From positions 128,001 to 192,000 of the forward strand of contig JAOUEV010000001.1 of the NCBI GenBank assembly GCA_029858565.1: a stretch of DNA of 64,000 nucleotides, read 5' to 3'. The position numbers and the translations under genes were made by a program. The DNA comes from Nitrospirota bacterium (GTDB taxonomy: Bacteria; Nitrospirota; UBA9217). Below the pieces are notes generated by a model. It searched no databases. It was not told where the DNA came from and worked only from the letters and a program-made list of their open reading frames with translations. The first letter of the stretch is position 1, and each line of letters begins with the position of its first letter. Below are positions 1 to 10,274 of the stretch, one piece after another.

Positions 1-7
1 TTAGAAT

Positions 8-84
8 GCGCCTGTAGCTCAGCTGGATAGAGCAACAGCCTTCTAAGCTGTGGGTCAGGGGTTCGAGTCCCTTCAGGCGCGCCA
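8..84 (+). tRNA. tRNA-Arg(UCU)
   Basis: Cloverleaf; anticodon arm ACAGC-CT TCT AA-GCTGT; GTTCGAG T-loop; encoded CCA. Confidence 0.97.
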
Positions 85-236
85 ATTCAAATGCGGAACG
101 GGGAATGCGGAATTTGGAATGAAATACCGCAGATCCCTGACCCGAGGGGTCAAAGGGGAGAGGCTCCCCTGAGATGAATATCGGGGGAGATTCCAGAGGG
201 GGCTGGCCCCCGCTGGGGAGCCCTTTAGGGGCGACT

Positions 237-268
237 GGTCAGGGGTTCGAGTCCCTTCAGGCGCGCCA
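237..268 (+). repeat. Exact 32-bp direct repeat of the tRNA-Arg(UCU) 3' end (att-like)
   Basis: GGTCAGGGGTTCGAGTCCCTTCAGGCGCGCCA is identical at 53-84 and 237-268. Confidence 0.93.
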
Positions 269-405
269 TATAACAATTGCGGATTTGTAAAACCGCAGCA
301 CCAATAACTGAAAAGTGTATTCCTGATTGCAGGGTGTGATAGTCGGGCCGGAACGAAATGATTACAATCCGCAATCCGAAATCCGCAATCGGGAAATAGA
401 AACAT

Positions 406-482
406 GGTGGGCGTAGCTCAGTTGGTAGAGCACCAGGTTGTGGCCCTGGTGGTCGCGGGTTCAAGCCCCGTCGCTCACCCCA
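406..482 (+). tRNA. tRNA-His(GUG)
   Basis: Anticodon arm CCAGG-TT GTG GC-CCTGG; extra 5' G(-1); CCA end. Confidence 0.96.
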
Positions 483-491
483 ATCAATTGC

Positions 492-568
492 AGTGCGGAG
501 TGCAGAGTGCGAAGTGCGGAGTGAAGCATCGTCATTCATTCCGAATTCCGCATTCCGGACTCCGCATT
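492..568. repeat. Inverted pair of heptamer tandem arrays (AGTGCGG-like / CCGCATT-like)
   Basis: AGTGCGG AGTGCAG AGTGCGA AGTGCGG at 492-519; complementary TTCCGAA TTCCGCA TTCCGGA CTCCGCA within 535-568. Confidence 0.85.
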
Positions 569-573
569 TTATT

Positions 574-650
574 GCGCCCGTAGCTCAGCTGGATAGAGCG
601 TTGGCCTCCGAAGCCAAAGGTCCCGCGTTCGAATCGCGGCGGGCGCACCA
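574..650 (+). tRNA. tRNA-Arg(CCG)
   Basis: Anticodon arm TTGGC-CT CCG AA-GCCAA; T-loop; CCA. Confidence 0.97.
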
Positions 651-654
651 TCTA

Positions 655-742
655 ATTGCGGATTTTCGATTGCGGATTGCGGATTGCAATACATAAAGCG
701 GATTTTTGTAAATCCGCAATCCGAAATCTACAATCCGAAATC
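655..742. repeat. Inverted pair of heptamer arrays (ATTGCGG / CCGCAAT)
   Basis: Five ATTGCGG-like units at 655-689; AATCCGC/AATCCGA units at 711-742. Confidence 0.85.
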
Positions 743-747
743 GTCAT

Positions 748-824
<77 letters not shown>

Positions 825-923
825 TAAGTAAATTTTGATTTCGGAATGCGAAATGCGGAATGAAAAGCGTTGTTTCGCTCCGGCGAGCGAGGAAAAAATT
901 CCTCTGATAACCCCATTTTCCTG

Positions 924-952
924 TTGCATCCGGTACTAAAGATGCGTATAAT
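924..952 (+). promoter_or_regulatory. sigma70 promoter upstream of tRNA-Lys
   Basis: TTGCAT-17 bp-TATAAT. Confidence 0.8.
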
Positions 953-991
953 ACGCTCCTTGTCGCAAGGTATTGTATTCCGTTTTTTAAC

Positions 992-1067
<76 letters not shown>

Positions 1068-1184
1068 TATAAAACACCGAGAGCAGTGGGCGACTGAACG
1101 CACACTGCTCTCATTGTTATTGCGGCATTCAAAGGGCAGGTCGTCTGGAGAACCTATCCCGGGGCCATGCGTTCCTATAACGTC

Positions 1185-1267
1185 GCGAGAGTGGCGGAAC
1201 TGGCAGACGCGCTGGTCTTAGAAGCCAGTGGGCAACCGTGGGGGTTCAAGTCCCCCCTCTCGCACCA
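1185..1267 (+). tRNA. tRNA-Leu(UAG)
   Basis: Anticodon arm CTGGT-CT TAG AA-GCCAG; variable arm; CCA; directly upstream of tig as is common. Confidence 0.95.
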
Positions 1268-1367
1268 TACATCAAATGCGGATTGCGGATTGCGGAATGC
1301 GGAATGAAATAATCCCATCCCACCACGTTCAATCTCTGCTTTATCAATAGCGAACAGGAGCAAGGAC

Positions 1368-2642
1368 ATGAAGGTAACGATCGAGGACATCAGTTCAGTA
1401 AAGAAAAAGCTGCATATTCAGGTGCTGCCCGACGCGATCGCGCGGGAGACGGAAAAGGCCGTGGCCGATATCGCCAAGAAGGCCAAGATCCCGGGATTTC
1501 GCCCGGGCAAGGCGCCCAAGGCCGTGGTGGAGCGTCACTACCAGATGGAGATCCATTCGGACGTCATGAACCGGCTCATCTCCGAATCCTATCTGCAGGC
1601 GGTGCAGGAGAACAATCTGCATCCCGTGGAGATGCCGAACATCACGAACATCTCCCCGCTCGAGAAGGATTCGCCGCTCAATTTCACGGCGATGGTCGAG
1701 GTCCGGCCGCAGATAGACCTCAAGCCCTATGAAGGCATTGAAGTGAAGGAAACGCCGGTCACCGTTACCGACGAGGATGTCACGGCCACCATCGACCGTC
1801 TCCGGGAGATGTACGCGAACCTCGAGGTCGTGGAAGGCCAGGATCTCGGCAAGGACCACACGGCGATCATCGATTTCGAAGGGTTCCATGAAGGGAAGCC
1901 GATCGAGGGCGCCAAGGCGCAGGACCACATGCTGGCGCTCGGCACGGGAAGCCTGATTCCCGGGTTCGAGGAGCAGCTGGTCGGCATGAAGAAGGCCGAA
2001 CAGCGCGAGATCAGCGTGACCTTCCCCGGCGACTATCACGACAAGAACATCGCCGGCAAGGCTGCGAAGTTCAACGTGACCCTGAAAGAGGTCAAGAAAA
2101 AGGTCCTGCCCGAGCTGAATGACGAGTTCGCCAAGGACATCGGCGAGCACAAGAACGTCGACGAACTGAAGACGCGCATCCGCGAGGACCTCGAGATCCG
2201 CAAGAAGAACGAGCGGGCATCAGGCCAGCGCGAGGAGCTCATGGCCAAGCTGGTCGATGCCTACACGTTCGATGTTCCCGGCGGCATGGTGGAGCGGGAA
2301 ATGATGTCCATGGCCCGTTCCCAGGCAATGCGTCTGGCGCGGCAGGGCATGGACCTCAAGACCTTCGATATCAAGGCCTTCCGCGAGAAGAACCACGACC
2401 TGGCCGTGAAACGCGTGAAAGGGAGCCTTCTGCTGGACCTGATCGCGGAGAAGGAAAAGATCCAGGTATCGGAGAACGAGGTGAACGCGGCCCTCGCGGC
2501 TGCAGCGCAGAGCACGGGCCAGAAGATCGAGGCTGTCAAGAAGTATTACGAGGAACAGGAAGGCGGCCTGGAGAACCTCGAGATCTCCCTGCTCCATGAG
2601 AAGACCCTCACGCTCTTGCTTTCAAAGGCGAAGAAGGTATAA
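1368..2642 (+). CDS. tig: Trigger factor
   Basis: GFRPGKAP ribosome-binding motif; FKBP domain (IPGFEEQL); RBS AGGA; upstream of clpP. Confidence 0.97.
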   Translation: MKVTIEDISSVKKKLHIQVLPDAIARETEKAVADIAKKAKIPGFRPGKAPKAVVERHYQMEIHSDVMNRLISESYLQAVQENNLHPVEMPNITNISPLEKDSPLNFTAMVEVRPQIDLKPYEGIEVKETPVTVTDEDVTATIDRLREMYANLEVVEGQDLGKDHTAIIDFEGFHEGKPIEGAKAQDHMLALGTGSLIPGFEEQLVGMKKAEQREISVTFPGDYHDKNIAGKAAKFNVTLKEVKKKVLPELNDEFAKDIGEHKNVDELKTRIREDLEIRKKNERASGQREELMAKLVDAYTFDVPGGMVEREMMSMARSQAMRLARQGMDLKTFDIKAFREKNHDLAVKRVKGSLLLDLIAEKEKIQVSENEVNAALAAAAQSTGQKIEAVKKYYEEQEGGLENLEISLLHEKTLTLLLSKAKKV

Positions 2643-2684
2643 AATAGAACCAGCGGAAAAGACTGAACCTGACAGGAGAATTAC

Positions 2685-3290
<606 letters not shown>

Positions 3291-3295
3291 CCGCA

Positions 3296-4537
<1,242 letters not shown>

Positions 4538-4572
4538 GGGCGCAGGAATAGTCATTAAGTAACCATGTTATC

Positions 4573-4607
4573 AAGAGATTGAGGCGAGTCTTCAATCTCT
4601 TTTTTTT
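4573..4607 (+). terminator. Rho-independent terminator after clpX
   Basis: AAGAGATTGAGG-CGAG-TCTTCAATCTCTT stem followed by a T run. Confidence 0.8.
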
Positions 4608-4660
4608 CACACCTTCAGTTCATGAGGAACGGAGAAAGCAGGACCAGAAAAGAGCTTGTC

Positions 4661-4752
4661 TCGCGCAAAGCCGCAAAGAACGCAAAGGAAATCCAAGAGC
4701 CATAGCTGCAGCAATTTATTGACTTTCTTTGCGGCTTGGCGCCTTTGCGCGA
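4661..4752. repeat. Inverted-repeat element of CGCAAAG-type 8/9-mers
   Basis: TCGCGCAAAGCCGCAAAGAACGCAAAG (4661-4687) ... CTTTGCGGCTTGGCGCCTTTGCGCGA (4727-4752). Confidence 0.85.
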
Positions 4753-4782
4753 AGAAGTCTTATCTTCTCGGTACGGTATGTT

Positions 4783-5376
4783 ATGAAAATCCTTTCCGCC
4801 GAATTCGTGACCAGCGCTGTAAAGCCCCATCAGTTTCCCAAGGACGGGAAGCCGCAGGTGGCTTTCGCGGGCCGGTCGAACGTCGGCAAGTCATCCATCA
4901 TCAATGCGCTGCTGAACCGGAAGAACCTGGTCAAGACCAGCTCCACTCCGGGCAAGACCCAGCTCATCAATTTCTTCCTGATCAACGATAACTTCTACTG
5001 CGTGGACCTTCCGGGGTACGGCTTCGCCCGGGCGCCCCGGAACGTTGTGGACCAATGGGCGCCCATGATCGAGGGGTATATCCGGGAAAGCGCCCAGCTT
5101 CGTCTGGTGGTCGTTCTGCTGGACAGCCGCAGAAAGCCTGATGAACGCGATGCCCGCCTGGTCGAATGGCTCCGCCACTATGACGTTCCGGCGCTGTATA
5201 TCCTCACCAAGTCCGACAAGCTGAAGCGCATGGAAGCGGCCAAGGCGCAGCGGGAGATCCCGGCGGTCCTGGAACTTGACGCGAAACCGCGGCTCACGTC
5301 CGCAAAGAGCGGGCAGGGGATCGTGGAACTGAAGAACGAGATCGCCAGGATACTGAACACACCTGCTTTGTCGTAA
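4783..5376 (+). CDS. engB: Ribosome biogenesis GTPase YihA/YsxC
   Basis: GRSNVGKSS, TPGKT, DLPGYG, TKSDK motifs; start taken at MKILSAEF. Confidence 0.95.
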   Translation: MKILSAEFVTSAVKPHQFPKDGKPQVAFAGRSNVGKSSIINALLNRKNLVKTSSTPGKTQLINFFLINDNFYCVDLPGYGFARAPRNVVDQWAPMIEGYIRESAQLRLVVVLLDSRRKPDERDARLVEWLRHYDVPALYILTKSDKLKRMEAAKAQREIPAVLELDAKPRLTSAKSGQGIVELKNEIARILNTPALS

Positions 5377-5488
5377 GTTAGGGCCCCTTTTTCTGCGCAC
5401 CGGTATTTCAAAATCCTGCATCTTGATTCTTTTTCCCGGCTCCTGTATCCTATATTCTGTCTTCTGACTCCTGAATTTGGAGGGTCAC

Positions 5489-7015
5489 ATGGAATTCATC
5501 AAGGACCTCGTCGGATCGCTCTTCTGGGCGACCGTGATCAGCCTGTCGCTCCTGGTGAGCGGGATCGTTTCCACCGGTTTTCTGGCGAAGAAATCCAAGC
5601 TCCTGAAGCCGATCGGAGCGGGGCTCAAGCTCATCGTGCTGTTCGTCGCTGTCCAGGCGTTCATATACCTGGGAGCGGCGGAAGTATATCCCCGGTTTTC
5701 CCGTCATCTGAACTTCTATTCCTGGGTCATCTTCTCCTTCGCGGTCCTGCGTCTCGCGCTCTACATGTACGGCGATCTGTTCGTGGTGCGGTGGAAAAAG
5801 GGGAGCTTTCCGGCGGCCTTCAAGAACATCATCACGGTCTTTGTCCTGGTCATCGCGGTGCTGGTGCTGCTGAAGGAGATCCTGGACATCAATGTCACAT
5901 CGCTGATCGCCACGACCACGGTGCTGACCGCAACCATCGGTCTGGCCTTCCAGAGCACGCTGGCGAACATGCTCGCCGGTCTCACGATCCACCTGGAAAA
6001 ACCGCTGAAGCAGGGCGACTGGATCCAGGCGGGCGGCCATGAGGGACATGTGCTCGATATCACGCTCCGGTCCACGCGCATGATGACCGTGGACAACAAC
6101 GAGGTCTTTATTCCGAACAGCAAGGTGCTGTCCGAGGCCGTGGTGAACTACAGCCTCCCCGACGCGGCGAGCGTGCGCAAGCTGTCGATCGGCGTTGCCT
6201 ACAGCATTCCGCCGAACACCGTGCGGAAGGCGGTCCTGGACGTGCTCTCGACGATCCCGGGCGTGGCGCATCAACCGCCGTCCCTGGTGCGCGTGCTGAG
6301 CTACGGGGACTTCTCGGTCCAGTACGAGATCCGCTTCTCCCTTATGGATTTCGGGAAGCACGTGGATGTCGAGGCGGAGATCATGAACCTTCTGTGGTAC
6401 CGGTTCCGCAGGGACCGCATCGACATACCATTCCCGATCCGCCATGTCACTATGACCCAGTTGACGCCGGAGAGCATCAAGGCCGACCATGAGCACCACG
6501 TTGCGGGTGTGCTGAAATTGATGGAAAAGGTGGACATCATGTCGGCCCTGTCCGCTGCAGAGCTGCGGAATCTTGTTGAAGCGGTGCAGGTCAAGGCCTA
6601 TGCGTCGGGCGAGTGCCCCGTGCGGCAGGGCGATGCCGGTGACTCCTTCTATATCATCAAGAAGGGGACCGTGGACGTGATCGTGGAAAAGACGCCGGGC
6701 GACGGGATGGTGGTGGCGACCCTGGGTGCGGGCAATTTCTTCGGGGAAATGAGCCTGCTGACGGGAGCCGTGCGTACCGCAAGCATCCGTGTCAAGGACG
6801 ACGCGGAGTTCATCGTCATCGACCGGGAGAACTTCCGGACGGTCCTGGTGCATAATCCCTCGATCGCCGAGTCCCTGAGCCACATCCTGGCAGAGCGCCA
6901 GGCAAGCCTTGATGCTCAGCGCGAAAAGCTCGACAGCGCGACCGTGGCCCGGCGGAAACAGGACGCCTCCGGCAAGATGCTGCACAATATCAGGCACTTT
7001 TTCGGCCTCCATTGA
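5489..7015 (+). CDS. MscS-family mechanosensitive channel with C-terminal cyclic-nucleotide-binding domain
   Basis: TM helices; IGLAFQSTLANMLAG...GDWI MscS signature; cNMP motif GNFFGEMSLLTGAVRTASI. Confidence 0.9.
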   Translation: MEFIKDLVGSLFWATVISLSLLVSGIVSTGFLAKKSKLLKPIGAGLKLIVLFVAVQAFIYLGAAEVYPRFSRHLNFYSWVIFSFAVLRLALYMYGDLFVVRWKKGSFPAAFKNIITVFVLVIAVLVLLKEILDINVTSLIATTTVLTATIGLAFQSTLANMLAGLTIHLEKPLKQGDWIQAGGHEGHVLDITLRSTRMMTVDNNEVFIPNSKVLSEAVVNYSLPDAASVRKLSIGVAYSIPPNTVRKAVLDVLSTIPGVAHQPPSLVRVLSYGDFSVQYEIRFSLMDFGKHVDVEAEIMNLLWYRFRRDRIDIPFPIRHVTMTQLTPESIKADHEHHVAGVLKLMEKVDIMSALSAAELRNLVEAVQVKAYASGECPVRQGDAGDSFYIIKKGTVDVIVEKTPGDGMVVATLGAGNFFGEMSLLTGAVRTASIRVKDDAEFIVIDRENFRTVLVHNPSIAESLSHILAERQASLDAQREKLDSATVARRKQDASGKMLHNIRHFFGLH

Positions 7016-7099
7016 GGCCGGACAACAGGCGGACATTATTTCACGGTCACTTGATTTGTTCGTTGACTCTCCGGAAAATCCCATTATAATGAACGAATT

Positions 7100-8512
7100 A
7101 TGAGGGAACTGACGAGAGGCGAAGACTTCTACGACGGGAACGCACTGCTGGGCGATCCCGTGCACGGATATATTTCCTTCACCACTCCGCGGCCGGATGT
7201 TCCCGAAAAAACGGAAAAAGACCTGATCGATACGGCGTGGATGCAGCGGCTCCGGCAGATCTATCAGCTTCAGAGCGCGCGCTGGGTCTATCCATCGGCC
7301 GAGCACAGCCGCTTCCAGCACTCCCTTGGCGCCATGCATCTTGCGGGCCGCTTCGCCCGCCATCTCTATCCGTCCCTCAGGGCGGCGGTCCCCGACTGCC
7401 CGTCCGCCAACTTCATCGAGGAACTTCTCCGCGTTGCCGCTCTGCTGCACGATGTCGGCCACGGTCCGTTCGGCCATTTCTTTGATGACAATTTTCTCGA
7501 ACATTTCGGCCTCACCCACGAGAAGCTCGGCCAGCTGATCATCAGGAACGAGCTGGGGTCCATCCTCCGCGAGATCAAGAGGAGCCCGTCGGGCGAGTTC
7601 GCCAAGCGGGAGCGCCTCGATCCGGACCAGATCGCCTTCCTCATCGGCAAAGGCGCGACGGCCGTGTCAAAGCAGCCCCGCTGGCTCACCTTCCTCCAGC
7701 CCATGCTCTCGGGCATCTACACGGTGGACAACCTGGACTATGTGCTGCGGGACGCGTATATGTGCGGCGTGGCCGTGGGGCCCGTGGACATCGACCGGCT
7801 GATGTACTACACCTTCTTCACCGACAAGGGACTGACGCTTCACAAGTCCGGCCTGTCGGCGCTGAACATGTTCCTGAACGCCCGGCTGTACATGTACACC
7901 AACGTCTACTACCATCGCACCACGCGGGCCATTGACCAGCACTTGAAGGAGCTGTTCAAGGACACTATGGCCGCGCTCTTTCCGTACAACCCCGCCGAGA
8001 ACCTTGGGGCCTACCTTGATCTGACCGACTGGTCGTTGCTCGAAGCGGTCCGGAAATGGGGCAAGGAAAGCGATGGAGCAACGACAAAGCTGGGTGCTGA
8101 ATGGGCCACAATCCTGGCCCGTGAAGTAAAATGGAAGATGGCCTACGATGTAACCCTGTCGATGCGGTACTTTGCCAAGGGGAACACGCTCATCGAGGCC
8201 CCCGAGATGGTCAAGCGGGTGCGGAAAAAGCTTCCCGAAAAGCTCAAAGACCTTCAGTTCTGCGTGGACATGGCGAGCCAGGACCCGCGCCCCATCAACC
8301 CCCTCATGATGGGCGAGCGCCAGATCCACGTGTTCAATCCCTCGACCCGGAAGGTCGAGAAGGAACCGCTCAAGGATTTTTTCGACTACATCCCGGCGCG
8401 GGTCGTCCAATGCCGCGTCTTCACGCTCAACCACGACCACGATCTTCTGCTTGCCGACATCGTGGAGCAGGTCCTGGGGATCCAGGAAGACAGCATCAAG
8501 ACGAACGTGTGA
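7100..8512 (+). CDS. HD-domain phosphohydrolase (SAMHD1/dNTPase-like)
   Basis: DPVHGYI, QRLRQIYQL, HSRFQHSLG, ALLHDVGHGPFGH, DNLDYVLRD. Confidence 0.9.
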   Translation: MRELTRGEDFYDGNALLGDPVHGYISFTTPRPDVPEKTEKDLIDTAWMQRLRQIYQLQSARWVYPSAEHSRFQHSLGAMHLAGRFARHLYPSLRAAVPDCPSANFIEELLRVAALLHDVGHGPFGHFFDDNFLEHFGLTHEKLGQLIIRNELGSILREIKRSPSGEFAKRERLDPDQIAFLIGKGATAVSKQPRWLTFLQPMLSGIYTVDNLDYVLRDAYMCGVAVGPVDIDRLMYYTFFTDKGLTLHKSGLSALNMFLNARLYMYTNVYYHRTTRAIDQHLKELFKDTMAALFPYNPAENLGAYLDLTDWSLLEAVRKWGKESDGATTKLGAEWATILAREVKWKMAYDVTLSMRYFAKGNTLIEAPEMVKRVRKKLPEKLKDLQFCVDMASQDPRPINPLMMGERQIHVFNPSTRKVEKEPLKDFFDYIPARVVQCRVFTLNHDHDLLLADIVEQVLGIQEDSIKTNV

Positions 8513-8564
8513 TCACGCAGCAGGCTCTTCCCCGAGCGGCTTGTCCGCAGGGCGCGGGCCGACG

Positions 8565-10082
8565 ATGTCTCTGTTCGTGAAGCCCATGAAGACCAAGGCC
8601 AGAAATATCATTGCAGGAACGGTTCTCGCCGCTTCCCTCGTTTGGACGGCAGACGCGGTCCTGGACTCGATCGTCCATCATGACGGGACCTTCAGTGACC
8701 TGTTCGCTGGAAATGTCCCGATCCACGGCATTGTTTTCCGTATCCTGTTCGCGGCCGTCATCATCGTGGGAGCGTACAGCTACGCGAAGGTCAGGGAAAA
8801 GCGGGTGATCAGCACGGATGAACTGCAGCGGCACCTTGCCGCGGTCGAGGCCTCCATGGACGGGGTCGCCATTTACGACAAGAACGGCAACTATCTCTAT
8901 GTAAACGAGGCTTACGCGCGGATCAACGGGTATAAAGGGACAAGAGAGGTTATCGGCAAGAACTTCAGGCTGGTCTACGGTGATAATCAGCGGGAATGGA
9001 TGGAGCGGAATATCCCTCCTGAACTCGAACGGACCGGGAAGTGGCATGGAGAACTGCTGGCCCAACGGAAGGATGGGACAGCATATATCCAGGAAGTATC
9101 GGTATCGCGCCTCCCTGACGGCGGCCGGATCTGCATCATCAGGGACATCACCGACCGAAAACAGCGCGAAGAGGCGCTCAAGCGCTCCGAGCGTCTCCTG
9201 AACAGCATCTTCGCAAGCATCCACGATCCCTTCTGCGTTCTTGACGAGAGCTATCGGATCATCAAGGCGAACAAGGCCTACGCTGAGCTCAAGGAAAAGA
9301 GCCTTTCCGACATCCTCGACCATGCGTGCTACAAGACGCTGGAAGGGAAGAACGAGGTCTGTGACGGCTGCGTGATACGGAAGACCTTCCAGTCGGGCGA
9401 TCCCTGCGCCAAGGAAAAGAAGGTCACCCTTCGTTCGGGCGAGACGCTCTGGCTCGAGATATTCACCTATCCGATAACCGACGAGCAGGGGAAAACGATC
9501 CAGGTGATCGAATATACCCGCGACGTGACCGACCGGAAAAAATCCGACGATGACCGCAAGCGGCTCATCGACCGTCTCGAGATCCTGTCAAGCGTTGACG
9601 GGCTGACCGGTCTGCTCAACCGGAGGGCACTGACCGAGCAGCTAACTTACGAGATCGACAGAGCCCGGAGATACGGGTCCGCCCTCTCGATCATTCTGTG
9701 CGACATGGACAATCTAAAGGAGATCAACGACCGGCATGGACACCTTGCGGGCGATATGGCGATCCAGATGGTATCGGCAACGCTCAGGAATGTCCTCCGG
9801 AGCGTGGATATCGCGGGACGGTACGGAGGCGATGAGTTCCTGCTGATCGTTCCCGAGACCCAGATCGAAGGTGTCCGGAGTCTCGCAGAGAAGATACGAG
9901 AAGCGATCCAGCGGACCGAGATCCGCGTTGATAAGGAAAAGACCTTGGCCATGTCGCTCAGCATGGGCATCGCGACCCTGGCCTCGCTGCCCGAGGATGT
10001 CGACGGGCTTATATCCCGCGTGGATACGGCGTTGTATAACTCCAAGCATTCCGGCAGGAACCGCATATCGGTGGCCGAGTAG
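8565..10082 (+). CDS. Membrane-anchored PAS/PAS-GGDEF diguanylate cyclase
   Basis: Two N-terminal TM segments; two PAS/PAC repeats; RSVD I-site and RYGGDEF; start could be 8565 or 8586. Confidence 0.9.
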   Translation: MSLFVKPMKTKARNIIAGTVLAASLVWTADAVLDSIVHHDGTFSDLFAGNVPIHGIVFRILFAAVIIVGAYSYAKVREKRVISTDELQRHLAAVEASMDGVAIYDKNGNYLYVNEAYARINGYKGTREVIGKNFRLVYGDNQREWMERNIPPELERTGKWHGELLAQRKDGTAYIQEVSVSRLPDGGRICIIRDITDRKQREEALKRSERLLNSIFASIHDPFCVLDESYRIIKANKAYAELKEKSLSDILDHACYKTLEGKNEVCDGCVIRKTFQSGDPCAKEKKVTLRSGETLWLEIFTYPITDEQGKTIQVIEYTRDVTDRKKSDDDRKRLIDRLEILSSVDGLTGLLNRRALTEQLTYEIDRARRYGSALSIILCDMDNLKEINDRHGHLAGDMAIQMVSATLRNVLRSVDIAGRYGGDEFLLIVPETQIEGVRSLAEKIREAIQRTEIRVDKEKTLAMSLSMGIATLASLPEDVDGLISRVDTALYNSKHSGRNRISVAE

Positions 10083-10170
10083 GCATGGTTATCACCGGGA
10101 GTACGGCACTTGCTAGGCAGCATGGCTGATCGCTGGTTATTTTTTGTCAGGACCAGTGAATCGGCCAGGA

Positions 10171-10206
10171 ACAGAAGCGGGCTCTTGAAAAAGAGCCCGC
10201 TTCTGT
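10171..10206. terminator. Hairpin terminator between convergent GGDEF gene and tkt
   Basis: Perfect 16-bp stem ACAGAAGCGGGCTCTT-GAAA-AAGAGCCCGCTTCTGT. Confidence 0.75.
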
Positions 10207-10274
10207 GTTTGTACCGCGGATTAAGCTTTCTAGGTCAGGCAGGCTATGCGAGAGAGCTCCTGTCAGTCTTAGTT

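Noticed and set aside
192-268. Second complete tRNA-Arg
   Set aside because: Only the 3' 32 nt are present. There is no matching 5' acceptor strand, D arm or anticodon arm.
5450-7519. 689-aa minus-strand ORF
   Set aside because: Antisense shadow of the MscS and HD genes, typical of GC-rich codon bias, with no motifs.
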